64,000 bases of DNA from a virus (lineage: Duplodnaviria > Heunggongvirae > Uroviricota > Caudoviricetes): the IMG/VR virus record IMGVR_UViG_651324052_000001, positions 32,603 through 96,602 of that record. The stretch is one strand, 5' to 3'. The translations under genes were made by a program, and so were the position numbers. Shown piece by piece: positions 59,145 to 64,000 of the stretch; within the stretch, counting starts at the first letter, position 1; each line of letters starts with the position of its first letter. The notes under the pieces were generated by a model that worked only from the letters and a program-made list of their open reading frames with translations, had not been told where the DNA came from and made no database searches.

Positions 59145-59276
59145 ATAGTTAGAAGTCGTTATCGTTTTGATAGCGACTTTTGTAGTGTTTATAGTTGAGA
59201 GACCAGAGAATAATATCCTGGTCATTTTTTATGCAGAAATGGGGGTAATAGTTATGAAAAAATAAAAAGAGAAGAT

Positions 59277-59501
59277 TTGACCATTGGAGAACATGAAAGA
59301 CTGATTTATCCAAGTGTTTTTACTTACTTGACGAGGAACAATAAACCGACAAGACAAGAATATTACAGAACTGATAATGGGGAGGTATGGGAAATCAGTC
59401 ATTTTGAAAATGAAAAATCAGAAGAATTTGGCAAAAGAATGGATGCATTAGAGTATTTGAGTAACAAATTGGATCTGGCAGAAGCATTTGGTGTATTATA
59501 G
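59277..59501 (+). CDS. Early hypothetical protein
   Basis: 74 aa. Confidence 0.45.
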   Translation: MTIGEHERLIYPSVFTYLTRNNKPTRQEYYRTDNGEVWEISHFENEKSEEFGKRMDALEYLSNKLDLAEAFGVL

Positions 59502-59515
59502 AGGAGATAATAGGT

Positions 59516-60511
59516 ATGTGTTACAAAGTTGAAAAGCAAAGAAAGATTGAACAAAAATTAGCTGAGGAATTAAAAAATGTTCCGGGTTTTATCGCAGATT
59601 TTTTTGATAGATACAAGTCATCAGCAACAAAAAAGATTAACTGGATCTATATCAGAGACATGCTTAATTGGATGTTATCAAATGGATGTATCAAGAAGGA
59701 CAGTATTTCAAATATAGTAGAAGAGGATATGAATGGAATCACGAGCAATAATGTGATCAAATATCTTAATGAGCTGAAAAACGGCATATCAGGCAGAGCT
59801 AATTCGTTGGACTCAATCAATACTAAGAAAAATGTATTTAGTGCATTTTGGAATTATTTAAGACAGAACAAATGTGTAGAGGAGAATATTATTGCTCATA
59901 TACCAAGTAACTTGTATAAGTCAGAGAAAAAATTCAAAGAAGTAGAAATTCCAACAGATGAAGAAGTGGAAAAGTTTCTAATAAGCATCACAACTGGCAA
60001 TAAGAATGAGTTTAATATTATTAGAAATATTGCTATCGTGCAGCTTATAAAAGGAAGCGGGATTCGATCAGAAGAATTAATTAATATGGATGTTTCAGAT
60101 TTACGTTTATATGAAGAAGATAGACCATATATGATGGTTTTAGGAAAGGGAAATATCCAGGAGTATGATAAGGTTTATATGTCAGAACAAGCAAGAATAA
60201 ATATGGAAGAATACTTAAAAATCAGAAGTCTATTTGTAAATGAAAGAGAAATCAAAAATGAAGCGCTGTTTCTATCAAATGAGAATAATAGATTAAGTAA
60301 AGGTGCTATCACAGGTTTTTTTCGAAAGTATTCTGATGAAACAATTTATCCTCATATGCTTAGACATTGGGTTGGAAGTAAGTTGTATCAGGAAACAAAG
60401 GATATTGTACTTGTTCAAAGGCAACTAAGGCATAAAAACCTTGAAACCGCAGCCAGATATTATGTACACATGGATGAGTCTGCAATTGCAAATGCTGTAC
60501 TTGCGCTATGA
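59516..60511 (+). CDS. Tyrosine recombinase (XerC-like) 2, intact catalytic set
   Basis: GSGIRSEEL (R), LGKGN (K), PHMLRH (H-x-x-R), LRHK (H), ARYY (Y). Confidence 0.9.
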   Translation: MCYKVEKQRKIEQKLAEELKNVPGFIADFFDRYKSSATKKINWIYIRDMLNWMLSNGCIKKDSISNIVEEDMNGITSNNVIKYLNELKNGISGRANSLDSINTKKNVFSAFWNYLRQNKCVEENIIAHIPSNLYKSEKKFKEVEIPTDEEVEKFLISITTGNKNEFNIIRNIAIVQLIKGSGIRSEELINMDVSDLRLYEEDRPYMMVLGKGNIQEYDKVYMSEQARINMEEYLKIRSLFVNEREIKNEALFLSNENNRLSKGAITGFFRKYSDETIYPHMLRHWVGSKLYQETKDIVLVQRQLRHKNLETAARYYVHMDESAIANAVLAL

Positions 60512-60551
60512 TTTATGTTAAAATAACAATTGTTGGAGGAGTTAAATCGAT

Positions 60552-60713
60552 ATGAAAAATTACATGAATGAACCAGTAGAGTACAACTGGACAGACAAAG
60601 ATATATTAGATGAATTTCAAAAAGTCAAAGATAAAAAGAAAGTTGCAAAAGTGTATGACATTACAGTGCAGCAGGTCACTGAAATTTTGAAAGGAGATAA
60701 ATGCTATGAATAA
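60552..60713 (+). CDS. Small HTH-like protein
   Basis: 53 aa, GGAGG SD; KKVAKVYDITVQQVTEIL. Confidence 0.5.
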   Translation: MKNYMNEPVEYNWTDKDILDEFQKVKDKKKVAKVYDITVQQVTEILKGDKCYE

Positions 60714-60980
60714 AAAAGTTATTGTTTATAAATTGCAAAATGAAAAATCAGCAAAAGAATATGATGAAATATTATTGAAGTTGGAAAAGAATATGAATTT
60801 CCTGTAAATGGGAAGTGCGTTATGCGCTCAAACTGCTATCAGCTTGTAGGAGATGATGGTAAAATTCTTTACGGAACCGGTTTTCCTATTGGATATGCTC
60901 GTGACGTGGATGATAATGAATATAGTGTATTCCTTGAAAGAAGAGGCATTGTTTTGTATTTGCGGTTTCAGGATCGATAA
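60706..60980 (+). pseudogene. Small ORF with 1-nt frameshift near 60767
   Basis: One added A restores YDENIIEVGKEYEFPV...FQDR*. Confidence 0.45.
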
Positions 60981-61010
60981 GAGTATCAAAGAGGCAAATA
61001 GGGCTTAATT

Positions 61011-61346
61011 ATGGATAAAAATGAATTATATACAGCGTCAGAAAAGAAGATTATAGACGCATACGAAGCATTTGGATCAATTAAGAAAACGTCTTCAGAA
61101 ACAGGATATTCTTGGAATAAAGTTGTTAAAACTCTTTCTTCACATGGTTACATTCTATCAGAAACGCATGCGGAAATATTAAACAAATATCATAATGGAA
61201 TGAGTGTTGAAAAAATTGCTACACAATTAGAATTAAATAGAAAAACTGTACAAGCATATATACCGAGAAAGAGACCTTTGTATAATGAAGAACAATCTCC
61301 AAATGCTTTAAGAATTAAAAAGTGTCGTGAAAAGCATACAATTTAG
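61011..61346 (+). CDS. HTH DNA-binding protein
   Basis: GMSVEKIATQLELNRKTVQAY. Confidence 0.7.
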   Translation: MDKNELYTASEKKIIDAYEAFGSIKKTSSETGYSWNKVVKTLSSHGYILSETHAEILNKYHNGMSVEKIATQLELNRKTVQAYIPRKRPLYNEEQSPNALRIKKCREKHTI

Positions 61347-61383
61347 GTAGAAAATAAAATTGAACAAATAGAGAGGTATAGTT

Positions 61384-61905
61384 ATGTATAAATATGAAGT
61401 AGGACAATGTATAGAAAACTTTAAAAATCATGAAGAAGGTGTGCAATTTGACATTTCTGATGATGGGGCAACAATGCTTGTATTTTTTGAAACTCCAACA
61501 CAGAATGAAATTGAACAATTTAAATCAGGGGAAAAATTTGAAATTCGTTTCATAGTATTGAATGATGTTATTATGATTACAACTAAAATTGGAAATCTGA
61601 ATTGGATGGATGCACCATACACACCTCATTTAAGTAAGGATCTTACAAAATATCAGATTCCAAACGAAGGAGAAGGTTTGGGATTAACACTATATTTAGT
61701 GGATACGGCGACAGGAGAAATCAAAAGTATAAGATTCATGAGCTTGTCAGAAAGATTTACGAGAAAGTTATTTGGCTGCACTATGGAAATAAAGATGAAA
61801 GAATTCGATAAAAAACAATACTTGATGAAATTATCTGATATTTTTTGTAAATATGATACAAAACAAATTGTAAAAATGAGTTCAGAGTATTGTAAAATAA
61901 ATTAA
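61384..61905 (+). CDS. Conserved phage hypothetical protein
   Basis: 173 aa. Confidence 0.6.
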   Translation: MYKYEVGQCIENFKNHEEGVQFDISDDGATMLVFFETPTQNEIEQFKSGEKFEIRFIVLNDVIMITTKIGNLNWMDAPYTPHLSKDLTKYQIPNEGEGLGLTLYLVDTATGEIKSIRFMSLSERFTRKLFGCTMEIKMKEFDKKQYLMKLSDIFCKYDTKQIVKMSSEYCKIN

Positions 61906-61921
61906 AAAAGGATGTGTTTAA

Positions 61922-62677
61922 ATGAAATATACAATAACAATGAGTTGTGGTCATGAAGAACGAATAGAGTTATTTGGATCCACAAAAGAAAGAGATAGAA
62001 AAATAGATTATTTTATGTCTCAAGGGCTGTGTTCGGAATGTTACAAAAAGAAAATGCAAGAAGAGGCTGAAAAAGAAGGATTTAATTTTAACTCTTGTGT
62101 GCTCCCTTATATCAGTAATGAAGATGGGAGCATTTTGCTTTCTGTATGGTTTAGTGGAAACACAAAACCGTTTAAAGATGATATTAAGTCATTAGGAGGC
62201 TATAGTTGGAGCGAAAGAGAGACGGGAAATGATAGCTATTTGTTGTCTAAACCTATGATGTGTTGGAACAAAGTTATTAAACTTGATGAGTTGGAAGATG
62301 AAATTATAAAAGCTGAATCTATTGGTGCAAATAATATTGTCACTGAGAAAAATTTATTTGAGATATGTCATTATCAAATAGCATTGAAAAAACAAAAGAA
62401 ATGGAATGAAAAGAAAGCTATAATAGAATCCATAGAGAAACCCACAGTGCCAGAGGTTTTAAAAGGATGTACATGGAATCAAAAAATATACGGTAGATCA
62501 GGTGGTTACACAATTTACCCAAATGGCAATAAGATTTCCATTACAGACGATCAGAAGAAAGAAATTGAAAATTATTTGAAATTAAAAAAGAATATCAAAA
62601 TAAAATTGAAATTATTAACAAGATGCCGTAATGAAAGACATGAAAAATACATCGTTGATAAATGTGTGAAATATTGA
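61922..62677 (+). CDS. Hypothetical protein with N-terminal Zn finger
   Basis: SCGH...LCSEC; probable true end 62631 if one A is added at 62584-62589. Confidence 0.55.
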   Translation: MKYTITMSCGHEERIELFGSTKERDRKIDYFMSQGLCSECYKKKMQEEAEKEGFNFNSCVLPYISNEDGSILLSVWFSGNTKPFKDDIKSLGGYSWSERETGNDSYLLSKPMMCWNKVIKLDELEDEIIKAESIGANNIVTEKNLFEICHYQIALKKQKKWNEKKAIIESIEKPTVPEVLKGCTWNQKIYGRSGGYTIYPNGNKISITDDQKKEIENYLKLKKNIKIKLKLLTRCRNERHEKYIVDKCVKY

Positions 62678-62710
62678 ATGAGTTTAGATAATTGAGGAAC
62701 GGGAAAAATA

Positions 62711-63400
62711 ATGAAAGTTGAATTTAATGAAAAGAATGCAAAGGTCGAGGGCAATAACTTAATTATTGAATTAACAGAAAGCATAAAGCACAGCTTAAGA
62801 ATTCAATCAAAACGTCTTTGCGAATTTAATGTTGGTGATGAGATTATCGATGATGCTGGCAAAGAATGGTATGTAGTAGAACAAGACTTTGAGAATAATA
62901 GGACGAAAGTATGGATGAAAGATATTTCCGGTGAACAATATGTATTTGATAGGAAAACTAATGATTTTAGTAAGTCTGAAATTAAAAGAATTTTAAATGA
63001 TGAAAAAGGAGAAGTCTTAAATGACATTTATAATGGATTTGGGGAAAAGAATGTGCTTGTTGATAAGGTGGATTTATGGTCTCTAAATGGGAATGGCACT
63101 TATGGAAAATGTAAATGCAAAGTACATTTAGGGACTTTTGATGATTATAGGAATGCCAAAAAGAATGGCATGTTTTTAATTGCAACAGGAACGGATGATT
63201 ATTCATTTTGGTTAGATACACCATCTACCGCTAATGTTAGAGATGAAAGTGAAGAATGGCATTCTAACTATGTTGCAATTGTAGACATAAAAGGAGGAAT
63301 AACAAATGATTTCAATACCGGCAAAAATGGAATTCGTCCGTTTTTAACTTTGAACTCAGAAACAGTAGTATCGTATAGGTGTGATATACAATGGTTATAA
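62711..63400 (+). CDS. DUF6273-like protein
   Basis: FSKSEIKRILN...FWLDTP...GIRPFLTL. Confidence 0.6.
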   Translation: MKVEFNEKNAKVEGNNLIIELTESIKHSLRIQSKRLCEFNVGDEIIDDAGKEWYVVEQDFENNRTKVWMKDISGEQYVFDRKTNDFSKSEIKRILNDEKGEVLNDIYNGFGEKNVLVDKVDLWSLNGNGTYGKCKCKVHLGTFDDYRNAKKNGMFLIATGTDDYSFWLDTPSTANVRDESEEWHSNYVAIVDIKGGITNDFNTGKNGIRPFLTLNSETVVSYRCDIQWL

Positions 63401-63459
63401 ATTACAATTAAAAGGTAACTTAGATATATAATCATAAATAAAATAGGTAATGAATAACG

Positions 63460-63663
63460 ATGAAACAAATTGAAAAATTTAAAATTATTGTAAATAATAT
63501 AAGTGATTCTTCAGAAATGGCGGGGTTTTTAGATGGATTTTACATTGCTGCTTCATTGTTTTGCAAAGAGAATTGTCCGAACAAAGTGATTTTTGAAAAT
63601 GGGCGAATCAAAGATATAACTACATGTGGGATGATAGAATTCCTTGAAAGTGAAGTTGAATGA
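63460..63663 (+). CDS. Early hypothetical protein
   Basis: 67 aa; TGA inside the repeat. Confidence 0.5.
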   Translation: MKQIEKFKIIVNNISDSSEMAGFLDGFYIAASLFCKENCPNKVIFENGRIKDITTCGMIEFLESEVE

Positions 63664-63690
63664 AAGATTAATCTTAAGAAAGGTGATAAG

Positions 63691-63930
63691 ATGAATTTAG
63701 ATGTTCTTATTGAACAAATTAAGTATTTGTATATAGATGCAACAGAAATAGGGTTTGACAGTATTGTGATTGCTATTGATACTGATCTGGGTAACACATA
63801 TCATATAAATGATACGGAAGAAGGATTTCAATGTGATTTATTCGATTATGTATTTGATGATTTGGACGATATAGTTTTTCAATTATATGATGAAATGCAG
63901 GGAAATGTAGTAGATATTCGAATTGAGTGA
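63691..63930 (+). CDS. Small acidic hypothetical protein
   Basis: 79 aa, AAAGGTG SD. Confidence 0.55.
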   Translation: MNLDVLIEQIKYLYIDATEIGFDSIVIAIDTDLGNTYHINDTEEGFQCDLFDYVFDDLDDIVFQLYDEMQGNVVDIRIE

Positions 63931-63959
63931 ACTACCCACCGCCTAAAGGTAGTGGCTTC
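63927..63959 (-). mobile_element. Solo IS200/IS605 right-end-like hairpin
   Basis: Minus strand GAAGCCACTACCTTTAGGCGGTGGGTAGTTCAC, same architecture as the IS end at 36615-36649. Confidence 0.65.
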
Positions 63960-64000
63960 TGTCTGAAATTTTATAAAAGATTGATTTTAAAGGAGTATGT

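Larger units (their letters stand above)
49924..63677. repeat. Dispersed 18-bp palindrome ATRAAA-N6-TTTYAT at gene ends
   Basis: Copies at 49924, 50123, 50506, 51229, 53719, 54249, 54532, 54796, 55179, 55788, 56539, 63660; short-spacer variants 51010, 56118; also 31931 and 37015. Confidence 0.8.

Noticed and set aside
1-64000. CRISPR array or cas genes
   Set aside because: No regularly spaced direct repeats with unique spacers. The 18-bp palindromes are separated by whole genes, and TnpB is the only Cas12 relative.

Overview
The whole window is part of a large, low-GC temperate phage or prophage with SPbeta-like organisation, probably from a Clostridia/Lachnospiraceae-type host (inferred from gene content). 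No host housekeeping genes are visible. (1) 1-34.6 kb, minus strand: tape-measure N-terminal part, tail, holin, neck, major capsid, scaffold, portal, and a terminase large subunit split by a group I intron carrying an HNH endonuclease. Then a tyrosine recombinase, Bro-N/ANT antirepressor, HU, a metallophosphoesterase, three tRNAs (Thr, Trp, Gln), a ~610-nt ROOL-like structured RNA and a YonO-like single-subunit RNA polymerase. (2) 34.7-40.4 kb, accessory: an IS200/IS605 element (dead tnpA, intact tnpB) inside a gene that can be rejoined in frame, a membrane protein, and a Y-family polymerase plus YolD-like pair. (3) 40.4-45 kb, mostly non-coding: a sharp G/C-skew inversion with DnaA boxes, three small regulator/operator/promoter modules and a ~1.1-kb hairpin-dense candidate RNA. 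(4) 45-64 kb, plus strand: about 50 small early-type ORFs around a second, catalytically intact tyrosine recombinase. The most striking unexplained signal is an 18-bp palindrome (ATRAAA-N6-TTTYAT), present about a dozen times exactly at stop codons between these early ORFs, which gives an integron-cassette-like layout. Also unusual: about seven minus-strand genes appear to start at AUA/AUU. Many single-base homopolymer indels suggest sequencing error or prophage decay, which limits frameshift interpretations. All family assignments come from motif recognition only; no database searches were run.
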